A stretch of DNA of 63,156 bases, the filler included. It is 6 parts of 6 records of this genome, joined end to end, with 100 filler letters (N's around TTAATTAATTAA, not from the genome) between each part and the next. Parts side by side here need not be neighbours in the genome. Positions count along the whole stretch, not along the records: positions 1 to 28,948 come from SRR31147125_15222; 5 more parts are not named here. One strand, 5' to 3'. A model generated the notes under the pieces. That model ran no database searches, was not told the origin of the DNA, and saw nothing but the letters and a program-made list of their open reading frames with translations. Shown one piece after another: positions 10,504 through 20,702 of this stretch. The first letter of the stretch is position 1. Each line of letters opens with the position of its first letter. Position numbers and translations under genes: made by a program.

Positions 10504-12019
10504 GATGATCAGCTTCAGAAATAAAGTGATTGACATCCGTCATTTCTTTATCATATTTAATGATACCGTGGCTTGCAGATAATTCATATAATTTAGTATG
10601 CGTTGCATTGACTTGTTCAAATGTATCAATGACATTTTGCCATAATGCTTTAAGATAAGATTCATCACGTGTAGTCACAATAATAAATTCATCGCCACCT
10701 AATCTAAAAATATAATCATCTTTTGAAATAAACGATTCAACAATTTCAACAATATCTGTAATGAAAGCATCGCCTGTTTCATGACCAAAGGTATCATTAA
10801 TTGATTTTAATCCATTGAGATCAAAGAAACATATCGCAATATTTTCTTCTTCACCAATCATCTTTTCTAATTGAGTAATGCCGTAATTCCTATTATATAA
10901 CTTAGATAGTGGATCGACAGTTGCATAAAACCTTGTTTCATAATCTAATTTTGTTCGAATATAGATAACAATGGTTAATGTGATGGAAATGAAAACAATA
11001 ATGACAATAAATACCCAGTAATTCACAATGGAGATAAGAATAAGTTGTGGGATGATATTTGTTTTAAATAAATAAGGATTTGTTTGTGTGTCTACATGCG
11101 ATAAAATATATAAGTCTGATTGTGTGGTATGTATAGTATATGTATCGGATATATATGCATTTTCGAATGTAAATGTTTCAACTGTAAATAATCCATCATC
11201 TGTTAGTGCAACCGAGATGTCATTAGATAATCGATCAAAAACATTTGGATAGTTTTGACCAAAACTATAGCTTGAACGTTCATCAATATCAAAACCATAG
11301 AGTTTTGTATCATCTTGATTATAAATATAGTGACCATTCTCATCAATAACAAAAAATGTTCCTTGTGAAATGTCCTGATAGTAAGACATTGGTTCAAATA
11401 AATAGGAAGTATTGAAATTGATGATAATCATCCCTTGCAATACATCATCGATATAGATAGGTGTTGAAAGTCTAAATTCTAAACTATAAGGTGTTTCAAC
11501 GACGCCATTTTCAACATTTAAATCCATGGATGAATAGAAAATAGAATTATCCGGTAGATTCATTGTTTCTGTGAAATAGTAGCGATCGCTTTTATTTTGT
11601 AAATCTTCAGATGGTACACGGGTTGCGCCACTAGAAGTATTTGTATTAATACGTATAATTTCCATACCTGTTGTATCAATAAATCTAAGTTGTGTATATA
11701 GTTGTCGTTCATTGGAATAAATGAGCCAATCGTCAGCAATTCGGTCTATGTCTTCGTTAAGTGTTTGTGCTAATAAGTATTCATTTTTAAGTAATACAAG
11801 ATCTTTAGTAACAAAATTAACATGCGTATCAATGCGATTCTTCGCACCTTCTACGACTAATGATTCTCTAGAACCAATGGTTTCAATAGCTTCCATTCTA
11901 GAACGATTACTTATATAAAGTGTGATTGCAAAGAAGAAAAGCATAAAAGTCATAAAAACAAAAATAAACACTTTGATGATAAAATATTCGTTATATAATT
12001 GGAAATCTTTTTTGTTCAT
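10457..12019 (-). CDS. Membrane diguanylate cyclase with an extracellular Cache-like sensor
   Basis: Two TM segments flank LRFID..G.E / LQNKSDRYYF / SSMDLNVENG; C-terminal DLNGLKSINDTFGHETGD and RLGGDEF. Confidence 0.9.
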   Translation of the reverse strand: MNKKDFQLYNEYFIIKVFIFVFMTFMLFFFAITLYISNRSRMEAIETIGSRESLVVEGAKNRIDTHVNFVTKDLVLLKNEYLLAQTLNEDIDRIADDWLIYSNERQLYTQLRFIDTTGMEIIRINTNTSSGATRVPSEDLQNKSDRYYFTETMNLPDNSIFYSSMDLNVENGVVETPYSLEFRLSTPIYIDDVLQGMIIINFNTSYLFEPMSYYQDISQGTFFVIDENGHYIYNQDDTKLYGFDIDERSSYSFGQNYPNVFDRLSNDISVALTDDGLFTVETFTFENAYISDTYTIHTTQSDLYILSHVDTQTNPYLFKTNIIPQLILISIVNYWVFIVIIVFISITLTIVIYIRTKLDYETRFYATVDPLSKLYNRNYGITQLEKMIGEEENIAICFFDLNGLKSINDTFGHETGDAFITDIVEIVESFISKDDYIFRLGGDEFIIVTTRDESYLKALWQNVIDTFEQVNATHTKLYELSASHGIIKYDKEMTDVNHFISEADHLMYKDKKIYYGKKNS

Positions 12020-12129
12020 AGGCTCATCTCCTTTTTATCATTATAGCATATATATATGTATATATATAAATTCAACCTTTTTTATACCTTATCAATGGAA
12101 AATATGCTAAAATATATGTGAGGTGTCAC

Positions 12130-12519
12130 ATGAAAAACGAACTAAGAAAACAAAGAGAAACACTAATATTTAATCTTTATCAAAAAGAAATCTTTGATCA
12201 TATTGATCAACATTTTGAACCATCATTTGAATCAAATGAAAATATGGCTTTATATACATCAATTCTTGAACATCTAGATGAAATTGATGATGTGATTGAA
12301 TCACAACTTTACAATTACAGTTTAAAACGTATTTCATATGTTGATCGTGCTATTATTCGTTATGCAACTTATGAAATGATGTTTACTGAATTGCCTGTTG
12401 AGATTATTTTAGATGAAGCTGTAGAAATTACTAAAGAATATACGAATATGGATGATGGTAAACAACATAAATTTTCAAATAAAGTATTAGACAATATTAA
12501 GAAAATCCTAAAGGGTTGA
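12130..12519 (+). CDS. nusB: Transcription antitermination factor NusB
   Basis: RISYVDRAIIR.ATYE, IILDEAVEITKEY, FSNKVLD; upstream of xseA. Confidence 0.9.
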   Translation: MKNELRKQRETLIFNLYQKEIFDHIDQHFEPSFESNENMALYTSILEHLDEIDDVIESQLYNYSLKRISYVDRAIIRYATYEMMFTELPVEIILDEAVEITKEYTNMDDGKQHKFSNKVLDNIKKILKG

Positions 12520-12523
12520 TATT

Positions 12524-13852
12524 TTGGAGAATTATTTAAGTGTTACAGCATTAACCAAATATTTAAAAGCGAAACTAGAAGGTGATAAACACCTTGTTTC
12601 TATTTATATAAAAGGTGAAGTATCTAACTTTAAGCACCACAGTCGTGGTCATTTTTATTTCACACTTAAAGATGAGCATGCACAAATAAGTTGTATTATG
12701 TTTTCAAGTTATACAAAGCATGTTAATTTTAAACCTAAAGATGGCGATCATGTGTTAATAAATGGACGTATGAGTCTTTATGCTGCTGGGGGATCTTATA
12801 GTATACAAGTTAAAGAAATGCAACTTGATGGTATTGGCGAACTCTATTTAAAATACGAAGCGTTAAAAAAGGATTTAGAGCATAAGGGTTATTTTGATCA
12901 ATCACATAAAAAACAAATTCCTAAATTTCCTAAGCGCATTGGTGTGGTAACATCACCTACTGGTGCTGTCATCGAAGATATTAGAAATACTGTGTCTAGA
13001 AGATATTTACTTACTGAAATATTTTTATATCCGGCACTTGTTCAAGGACCTGATTCATCTCAATCAATTGCAAAACAAATTAAATTAGCAAATCAGAAGC
13101 AAGAAGTTGATGTTTTAATTGTTGGTCGTGGTGGTGGATCAATTGAAGATTTATGGGGATTTAATGAATTGCCAGCAATTATGGCTATTTATGAATCAGA
13201 GATTCCAGTTATTACTGCAATTGGGCATGAAACAGATTTTACGATTTGTGATTTTGTTTCTGATTTAAGAGCACCAACGCCGACAGCAGCTGCAGAACTT
13301 GCAACACCTAATAAAAACGACTTACTCGAATTTATTGAAAACCAACAATCACAATTAAACAAACATATGCAAAGATATTTTGAATCAAAGCGTCTTATAC
13401 TTGCACATATGGATAAGCGATTGGATGTTACATCACCTATTTATCAAGTAGAACATGCTAAGAAAGAATTGCATCGTTTCAATATGTTATTAACAAGAAA
13501 TTATCAGTTAAATATTAATCAACAAAAAAATGAAGTCAATTACTTAAAGAAATACATGCGGTCTCCTATGGATCATGTGCATCAATTAAAAGAACGATTG
13601 ATGCAACAAGATCAACGCTTAAAGTCACACATGGCCTATGTATTAGAGAGAAAAGCACAACAATATAGTGTAAATCAAGTGGCATTAAAAGGATTAAATC
13701 CTTTATCATATATGGATAAAGGGTTTGCATATATTGAAAAAAATGATCATGTGTTATCATCCATTCGCGATGTTGATGTGAATGATATGATCCATGTCAC
13801 GCTAAAAGATGGTAAGATACTTACAAAAGTTATTGAGAAGGAGGAAAAATGA
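12524..13852 (+). CDS. xseA: Exodeoxyribonuclease VII large subunit
   Basis: GEVSNF..H.RGHFYFTLKD, RGGGSIEDLWGFN, GHETDFT, PTPTAAAE. Confidence 0.96.
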   Translation: MENYLSVTALTKYLKAKLEGDKHLVSIYIKGEVSNFKHHSRGHFYFTLKDEHAQISCIMFSSYTKHVNFKPKDGDHVLINGRMSLYAAGGSYSIQVKEMQLDGIGELYLKYEALKKDLEHKGYFDQSHKKQIPKFPKRIGVVTSPTGAVIEDIRNTVSRRYLLTEIFLYPALVQGPDSSQSIAKQIKLANQKQEVDVLIVGRGGGSIEDLWGFNELPAIMAIYESEIPVITAIGHETDFTICDFVSDLRAPTPTAAAELATPNKNDLLEFIENQQSQLNKHMQRYFESKRLILAHMDKRLDVTSPIYQVEHAKKELHRFNMLLTRNYQLNINQQKNEVNYLKKYMRSPMDHVHQLKERLMQQDQRLKSHMAYVLERKAQQYSVNQVALKGLNPLSYMDKGFAYIEKNDHVLSSIRDVDVNDMIHVTLKDGKILTKVIEKEEK

Positions 13853-14037
13853 TGGAACAAAAATCATTTGAGTCTCTACTTAAAGAATTAGAACAAGTAG
13901 TGAAGGATTTAGAACAAAAAGAAATTACATTGGATGAATCAGTTAAAAAATATCAAAGAGGCATTGAGTTATCAAAACAATGTTATCAAATGTTAGAAGA
14001 AGCTGAGAAATTAGTTGTAAAGGAAATTAAAGGATAA
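13849..14037 (+). CDS. xseB: Exodeoxyribonuclease VII small subunit
   Basis: SFESLLKELEQVV..LE...LDES...YQRG; follows xseA. Confidence 0.92.
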   Translation: MMEQKSFESLLKELEQVVKDLEQKEITLDESVKKYQRGIELSKQCYQMLEEAEKLVVKEIKG

Positions 14038-15854
14038 TGATATTAACAGACATCAAAGATCCTTCAGATATTAAAGATTTATCAATGAAAGAACTCGAAA
14101 AATTAGCCGTAGACATACGTGCTTTTTTGCTAGAGTCAATACCTAAAACTGGGGGTCATTTAAGTTCAAATTTAGGTACTGTGGAATTAATTATTGCATT
14201 GCATTATGTTTTTGATAGTCCAAAAGATGCATTTGTCTTTGATGTTGGACATCAAGCATATACACATAAAATATTAACAGGTAGACTACATGAGTTTGAG
14301 CATTTAAGACAAACAGATGGTCTATCGGGTTATATTAATTACAAGGAATCAGTCCATGATCAATGGGAAAGTGGGCATGCTGGTACTGCGATATCTGCTT
14401 TAGCAGGTATTGTGTATGCAAAAAGATTAAAACAAGAGCCGGGTGAAGGTATTGCCGTTGTGGGTGATGCATCTATTGTTAATGGCATGAGTTTTGAAGC
14501 ACTGAATATGCTAGGAAATGATCAAAATCATCGTGGCATCATTGTTTTAAATGATAATGAAATGAGTATTAGTAAAAGCGTTGGTGCTTTTTCAGGTGCA
14601 TTAACAAAGATTCGCTCTATGAAAATGGTCATACGTTTGAAAAAACTTTGGGCACGCATTTTACCCGATATGATTTTACGTGCGATGGGGCGTTTTAAAA
14701 GATCACTTCGTGCTTTATTTCAACGACAAAACATATTTGAAGATTTAGGTTATATGTATGTGGGTCCTATTGATGGACATGATTTAAGATTGCTTATTAA
14801 AACGTTAGAACGTCTTAAAAAAGTTAAAAAGTCTGTCATCATGCACATCATTACGGATAAAGGTAAAGGACATCCGGATGCAGAAAGTGATACAACCGGG
14901 GCTTTTCATGGTATTTCTAGTCAAAATGGTAAGCCAAGTACAGGCATATCTTGGAGTGAAGTGATTGCTTATAGTATGGATCAACTGCAATCACTTAAAA
15001 AGACTTTTGTTGTCATGCCAGCGATGACAATGGGAACTAAAATGCAAGCATTTGCGACGAAATATCCTGATCAATTTGTTGATGTGGGTATTGCTGAAGA
15101 GCATGGAGCAACCATGGCAGCTAGTCTAGCACATCAACATATTTCAGTTTATTATCCAGTTTATGCAACATTTAGCCAAAGAGCATTTGATCAAATATTA
15201 AATGATATTGCGAGATCTGATCATCATGTTGTGTTTGGTATTGATCGTGCAGGTATAGTAGGAGAAGATGGGTCTACACACCAAGGTATTTATGATGTTT
15301 CAATGTTTTCTATGATGCCCAATATGGTGGTCACAATGCCATATGATTTAGATGATGTTTGTGAACTTATCCATTATGCATTTATTGAGCAAAAGCATCC
15401 TTTTGTGATTAGATATCCAAGAGGTAAAATTAATCAAGATTTATCCAATATAGCCTTAAAACCACTTGAAGGTTTTTGGAAGTATATACGAAAAGGTAGT
15501 GGTCCACTGTGTGTGAGTTATGGGCCTAGTCTTGATTTATTGATCAAAGCAAATGAAGTACTTGGTTCTGATTGTACGATCATTAATGCAAGATTTATCA
15601 AACCGATTGATGAAAAAATACTTCATGAAGCATTGAAAAAAACTGATAAAATCTTCATTTATGAAGAAATTGATAATAAAGCAGGACTTTATCCGAGCAT
15701 ACTTGATTATATGAAACAACATGGATTTAATCATCAAGTTAAGCATTTATCCTTAACTGATCAAATCGTCACATTTGGTCGTTATGAAGATATATTAAAA
15801 AAATATCATATGGATTTAGATCATGTGGTTAAAGCACTCAAGGATTTTATATGA
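14037..15854 (+). CDS. dxs: 1-deoxy-D-xylulose-5-phosphate synthase
   Basis: GGHLSSNLG, FDVGHQAYTHKILTGR, GDAS..NDNEMSIS, DVGIAEEH, DRAG..GEDG.THQG, IRYPRG. Confidence 0.96.
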   Translation: MILTDIKDPSDIKDLSMKELEKLAVDIRAFLLESIPKTGGHLSSNLGTVELIIALHYVFDSPKDAFVFDVGHQAYTHKILTGRLHEFEHLRQTDGLSGYINYKESVHDQWESGHAGTAISALAGIVYAKRLKQEPGEGIAVVGDASIVNGMSFEALNMLGNDQNHRGIIVLNDNEMSISKSVGAFSGALTKIRSMKMVIRLKKLWARILPDMILRAMGRFKRSLRALFQRQNIFEDLGYMYVGPIDGHDLRLLIKTLERLKKVKKSVIMHIITDKGKGHPDAESDTTGAFHGISSQNGKPSTGISWSEVIAYSMDQLQSLKKTFVVMPAMTMGTKMQAFATKYPDQFVDVGIAEEHGATMAASLAHQHISVYYPVYATFSQRAFDQILNDIARSDHHVVFGIDRAGIVGEDGSTHQGIYDVSMFSMMPNMVVTMPYDLDDVCELIHYAFIEQKHPFVIRYPRGKINQDLSNIALKPLEGFWKYIRKGSGPLCVSYGPSLDLLIKANEVLGSDCTIINARFIKPIDEKILHEALKKTDKIFIYEEIDNKAGLYPSILDYMKQHGFNHQVKHLSLTDQIVTFGRYEDILKKYHMDLDHVVKALKDFI

Positions 15855-16591
15855 GACTTGATCAATATCTAGTTAGCCAGAAGCATGTTAAAACGCGTTC
15901 TAAAGCGATTGATCTAATCAAAAGAAAATTTGTATTAGTAGATGGGAAATTTGCTAAAAAAGGTGGTATTGATATTGTGAATCAAACGGTAGAAATCATT
16001 GATCACATATCATTCGTAGGACGTGCTGGTGAAAAACTATATCATGCAATTGATCGATTTAATCTTGATTTTAATCAAAAGACATGTATTGATATAGGTG
16101 CATCTACAGGTGGTTTTACAGATTGTGCACTAAAGTCTGGTGCAAAAAAAATATACACATATGATGTTGGTCGTGATCAATTAGATGAAAATTTAAAAAA
16201 CCATCCACAAGTTGTTGTGCACGAACAAACAAATATATTAGATGTTTCGATACCTGATGCAGATATGATTTTAATTGATGTATCATTTATTTCAATTATA
16301 AAAGTATTTTCGCATCTTGTTGGCTATGATAAAGAGATCATAGCACTGATTAAACCACAGTTTGAAGTGGGGAAAAAGATGATTAAACAAGGTGTCGTCA
16401 AAGATTTGAAACTCCATAAAAAAATATTAGAAGACACATTGAAACAAATCAAACAATTAGGTTTTCATATGATTGATTTGGATAAATCTGAAGTTAAAGG
16501 AAAAAAAGGAAATCAAGAGTATGTACTTTATGTTAATGGCGCATTAAAGCCTGATAAGTACATCAATGATTTAATTGAGGCGGTTATATGA
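15851..16591 (+). CDS. tlyA: TlyA family rRNA methyltransferase
   Basis: S4 domain MRLDQYL, DIGASTGGFTD, DVSFIS, LIKPQFE, G.KGNQEY. Confidence 0.93.
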   Translation: MRLDQYLVSQKHVKTRSKAIDLIKRKFVLVDGKFAKKGGIDIVNQTVEIIDHISFVGRAGEKLYHAIDRFNLDFNQKTCIDIGASTGGFTDCALKSGAKKIYTYDVGRDQLDENLKNHPQVVVHEQTNILDVSIPDADMILIDVSFISIIKVFSHLVGYDKEIIALIKPQFEVGKKMIKQGVVKDLKLHKKILEDTLKQIKQLGFHMIDLDKSEVKGKKGNQEYVLYVNGALKPDKYINDLIEAVI

Positions 16592-18240
16592 TACAACAAT
16601 TAAAAGTCAGCAATTTTGCATTAATTGATGACCTAGATATGACATTTGAATCAGGACTAACAGCACTAACTGGTGAAACAGGAGCGGGGAAATCAATTAT
16701 TTTGGAATCACTACATTTATTGTTTGGTAAGCGTAGTGATGCACAAATGATTCGATATGGCGAAGATCAAGCACTGGTCACAGGTATTTTTAAACTACCA
16801 ACTCAAGTGAGTTCATTTTATGGTTATCCAGACGAAGTAGAAATAAAAAGACAAATCGATAAAAGTGGTCGCCATCAAATGAAGATTAACGGTGAGACTG
16901 TCACACTGTCGAAACTTAAAAATTTCACAAAAATGTTTGCAAGCATTCATGCGCAAGATGAAACGATGCAACTGATGGATAAGCAATCATATATGCAATT
17001 TATTGATCAAGTTGATGAAGAAGGCATTGAAAAGTTACATCAAGCTTATATGATGAAACGATCAACCTATATCGAAAAGAAGAAAGCATTTGATCAACTT
17101 AAAAACAAAAAACAAGAAAGTCTAGAACGTGCAGACTATTTAGCATTCCAAATAAAAGAATTAGAATCATATCAATTGGTTAAAGGTGAAAAAGAACAAT
17201 TAAATCATGATATTAAGCAATTAGAGAATTATGATAAAACGATGTCACAGTTAACACAAAGCTATGCGCTTTTATCATCGGATGTGTTTCAATTAGATGA
17301 TTTATATGCATCATCTAAAGCACTCAGTAGATTAGCGGATATTGATCAAAATTATGAAGATATGGCGCAGAGGTTGTCGAGTAGTTATTATGATATTGAT
17401 GATATCAAATCCAATATATATGCATTAATAGAATCGCTTGATTTTGATCAAGATGCATTTGATGAAATGCAAGCACGTGCATTTGAATTGCAAAAAATTG
17501 AACAAAAATATCAAAAATCTATTGATGAACTGCTTATATATTTAGAAGATATAAAAGATGAATTATTAAAAGTAACCAATTATGATGCTTATGTTTTAGC
17601 ATCAAAGAAAAAGCTTGATGATGCATTTGATCAAGCTTATCAACAAGCACTTAAACTCATAGACTATAGAAAAAAACTTGCTAAACAATTAAGCAAGCAA
17701 GTACTTGAAGAATTAAAAGATCTTGATTTAGCAAAAGCTTCATTTGAGATATCATTTGATATCCCTGATAAAGCACATACAAATTTTTTAGATACAGGTA
17801 TAGAATCGGTTGAGTTTATGATTTCCCTTAATGAAGGTGAACCGATTAAACCACTTGCTAAAGTTGCGAGTGGTGGTGAGCGTGCACGTTTTATGTTTGC
17901 GTTAAAATCAATTTATGCAAAAGCTAATCAACTATCTTTACTCATTCTTGATGAGATTGATATTGGTATTAGTGGTAAAACTGCTGCAAAGGTTGCGACT
18001 AAAATGGCAACTTTAAGCGAAGATATGCAACTCTTAGTTATTACGCATTTACCACAAGTTGCTGCAAAAGCCAATTATCACTATGGTATTACAAAGCATA
18101 AAGAAAATAATCGTATGGTGACTAAGATTAATCTGTTATCACAAGAAGAACGTATTTCAAATATTGCGATGATGTTAAGTGATGAAAAATTATCGCATTA
18201 TGCGATTGGGCAAGCAAAGATTTTACTTGGATTAGAATAA
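16588..18240 (+). CDS. recN: DNA repair protein RecN
   Basis: TGETGAGKSII, KVASGGE.AR, DEIDIGISG, ITHLPQVAA. Confidence 0.96.
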   Translation: MIQQLKVSNFALIDDLDMTFESGLTALTGETGAGKSIILESLHLLFGKRSDAQMIRYGEDQALVTGIFKLPTQVSSFYGYPDEVEIKRQIDKSGRHQMKINGETVTLSKLKNFTKMFASIHAQDETMQLMDKQSYMQFIDQVDEEGIEKLHQAYMMKRSTYIEKKKAFDQLKNKKQESLERADYLAFQIKELESYQLVKGEKEQLNHDIKQLENYDKTMSQLTQSYALLSSDVFQLDDLYASSKALSRLADIDQNYEDMAQRLSSSYYDIDDIKSNIYALIESLDFDQDAFDEMQARAFELQKIEQKYQKSIDELLIYLEDIKDELLKVTNYDAYVLASKKKLDDAFDQAYQQALKLIDYRKKLAKQLSKQVLEELKDLDLAKASFEISFDIPDKAHTNFLDTGIESVEFMISLNEGEPIKPLAKVASGGERARFMFALKSIYAKANQLSLLILDEIDIGISGKTAAKVATKMATLSEDMQLLVITHLPQVAAKANYHYGITKHKENNRMVTKINLLSQEERISNIAMMLSDEKLSHYAIGQAKILLGLE

Positions 18241-18271
18241 AGAAAAAGGTGCCTATGGCACCTCTATTTCT
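18241..18271. terminator. Hairpin terminator between recN and a convergent small gene
   Basis: AGGTGCC-TAT-GGCACCT stem with A/T-rich flanks. Confidence 0.6.
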
Positions 18272-18283
18272 TCATTTGATTAA

Positions 18284-18463
18284 TTATGCAGTTCCACTAA
18301 CAATTGCCATCACTAATGCTAAGACGACAAGTCCAACCATACCAAATAAAATTACCCAAACAATTAATTTTCCCCACCATGTTTCAGTAGGTGGTGTATA
18401 ATGTTTTTGATCTGGATGATTTGTTTTTGGAGCAGGTTTCTTTGATGCATGTTTTTTAGCCAA
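18284..18463 (-). CDS. Small single-pass membrane protein (about 59 aa, TTG start)
   Basis: GAGGTG RBS; basic N-terminus then a C-terminal TM helix. Confidence 0.65.
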   Translation of the reverse strand: MAKKHASKKPAPKTNHPDQKHYTPPTETWWGKLIVWVILFGMVGLVVLALVMAIVSGTA

Positions 18464-18530
18464 TGTAATCACCTCAATTTTTTGTCAGTATCATTATACA
18501 ATAATTTTAGAGTTATGAAAAGAGATATTC

Positions 18531-19661
18531 ATGAAAAACGAAGTAAAAATAATATTTCATATTGATCTTAATGCATTCTATTGTAGCTGTGCAATCATTA
18601 AAGAGCCTTATCTCAAAGATAAGGTGTTTGTTATTGGTGGAAGTGGCGTGACAAGAAGAGGGGTTATTTCAACGGCATCATATAAAGCAAGACGTTATGG
18701 TATAGGTAGTGCGATGACTCTCACAGACGCATTTGATCGGTATCCGAAGTTAGTTGTTGTCCCTTCTGATTTTAAATTATATCGTAAGTACTCAAAACTG
18801 TTTTTTGACTATTTAAGAACTTATGCTGATTTAGTATTACCTGCTAGCATTGATGAGGCTTATATTGACATGACTGAGCAATCAAAGACAAAACATCCAC
18901 TTGAAATTGCAAAAGAAATTCAAGAAGGATTAATGGACTTATATCAATTGCCATGTAGTATTGGTATTGCACCCACATTATTTTTAGCAAAAATGGCATC
19001 TGATATGAAAAAACCATTAGGTGTAACAGTCATTAGAAAAAAGGATATCGTTAAAAAACTTTTTCCTCTTCCAATTAAAGAGATGCATGGTATTGGTAAA
19101 AAAACATACCCCAAATTAGAACAAATAGGTATAAAAACAATTGGTGATTTCACAAAAAAACAATATCAAGAAGACATCTTAAATATTATGAGTTCATCAT
19201 CATATCAAGGGTATATCTCCCTTATTATGGGTCGTTCAAATGATATTGTTGATCCTAAGAAATATAGTGTCCATCAATCGATAAGTAATGAGACAACACT
19301 AAATTACGTCATTGATCAAAGTGATATCGTATTAAAAGTAATTGATGATTTAATCGATGTGACATACCAGCGATTAATGAAAGAAGAATATGTGGTAAAA
19401 ACAGTAGGTATTAAGTTTAAATATCAAGATTTTAAAACAACAACAAGAAGCTTTTCATTTAATGATTATCATGATGATAAATCATTAATTATCGAACAAA
19501 TCCACGAACTCGTTGAAACATATTACCATCAAGAGCCAGTCAGACTCATTGGTGTTTCATTTCAACAAATTATGCTAAAAAAAGATGTTAAAGTTGATAT
19601 TAACTTGTTTAATTATCAGCAATTCACACATAGAGATAAACAATTGTTTAATAAAAAATAA
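18531..19661 (+). CDS. dinB: DNA polymerase IV
   Basis: HIDLNAFY, STASYKARRYG, SIDEAYID, LAKMASDMKKP. Confidence 0.95.
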   Translation: MKNEVKIIFHIDLNAFYCSCAIIKEPYLKDKVFVIGGSGVTRRGVISTASYKARRYGIGSAMTLTDAFDRYPKLVVVPSDFKLYRKYSKLFFDYLRTYADLVLPASIDEAYIDMTEQSKTKHPLEIAKEIQEGLMDLYQLPCSIGIAPTLFLAKMASDMKKPLGVTVIRKKDIVKKLFPLPIKEMHGIGKKTYPKLEQIGIKTIGDFTKKQYQEDILNIMSSSSYQGYISLIMGRSNDIVDPKKYSVHQSISNETTLNYVIDQSDIVLKVIDDLIDVTYQRLMKEEYVVKTVGIKFKYQDFKTTTRSFSFNDYHDDKSLIIEQIHELVETYYHQEPVRLIGVSFQQIMLKKDVKVDINLFNYQQFTHRDKQLFNKK

Positions 19662-19670
19662 TGAAGACAT

Positions 19671-20600
19671 TTATAAAATGTCTTCATCTGATAATTGAGA
19701 TTGATGATCCCAAGTATTTGGATCATCTTTTTTATATTGTTTTAAAAATGCTATGACTTCATTTGTCACTGAAGTTGGTGTTGATGCACCACTTGTCACA
19801 GATACTTTGTGCGCACGATTAAGCCATGTTAAGTCAATATCACTGATATTTTGAATTAAGAAACTTTGGGTTGCTTTCGTTTTTAATCCAACATTGACAA
19901 GTTTATTAGAATTAGATGATTTTTTATCACCCACGACAAGCATAAGATCAATCTCATCTTGTTCCATGACAGCTTCTTGTCTAACAGTTGTTGCATTACA
20001 TATTTCATTATCGAACTCATAATGAGGATATTTTGTTTCAATCATTTTTAAGACTGAATCAATGTCATACATCGATAGTGTCGTTTGATTGGTGACAAAT
20101 ATTTTTTCATGATAGAGTGCTTCTGGTAATATCATCACATCTTTTTCATTTTCCACAAAATAGATATCATCACTTATATCTAGAACACCTTCTGGTTCTG
20201 GATGATTTCTGTGACCAATATAAATCACTTTATAACCGTCAAGGAGTTTAGCTTGAACTGCTTTATGTACTTTTAAAACATCTCTACATGTTGCATTCAT
20301 GTAGGTAAGTCCTTTTTCTTTTGCACGAGCAATGATTTTTTGACTCACACCATGTGCTGTAAATATGACCGTACCAGATTCTACGGCATCGAGTAAATCG
20401 TATCTTGTTTTTCCAGAATCATCTAAACTAATGACGCCGTGTGTTTTAAAATAGGCAGTAATCTGTCTATTATGAACAATTTGACCTAATACATAAATAG
20501 GTCGCGGATAACTTTTATTTTTAATAACCTTTTTAACTATGGCCAAGGCATTTAAGACGCCATGGCAATAGCCTCTAGGTTTAATTTCTATAACTTCCAT
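19671..20600 (-). CDS. ispH: 4-hydroxy-3-methylbut-2-enyl diphosphate reductase
   Basis: PRGYCHGV, IVHN, TAHGV, ATC, HPEPEG, ICNAT..RQ, SSNS, GASTP. Confidence 0.96.
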   Translation of the reverse strand: MEVIEIKPRGYCHGVLNALAIVKKVIKNKSYPRPIYVLGQIVHNRQITAYFKTHGVISLDDSGKTRYDLLDAVESGTVIFTAHGVSQKIIARAKEKGLTYMNATCRDVLKVHKAVQAKLLDGYKVIYIGHRNHPEPEGVLDISDDIYFVENEKDVMILPEALYHEKIFVTNQTTLSMYDIDSVLKMIETKYPHYEFDNEICNATTVRQEAVMEQDEIDLMLVVGDKKSSNSNKLVNVGLKTKATQSFLIQNISDIDLTWLNRAHKVSVTSGASTPTSVTNEVIAFLKQYKKDDPNTWDHQSQLSDEDIL

Positions 20601-20702
20601 GTTTATTCACTCCTTACTATTCTTATTATACAAAATAATGTCAAGAATGCTGATATTTTTACATTATTTCATAAAAAATGGTATACTGTCAATGGTGATT
20701 TT

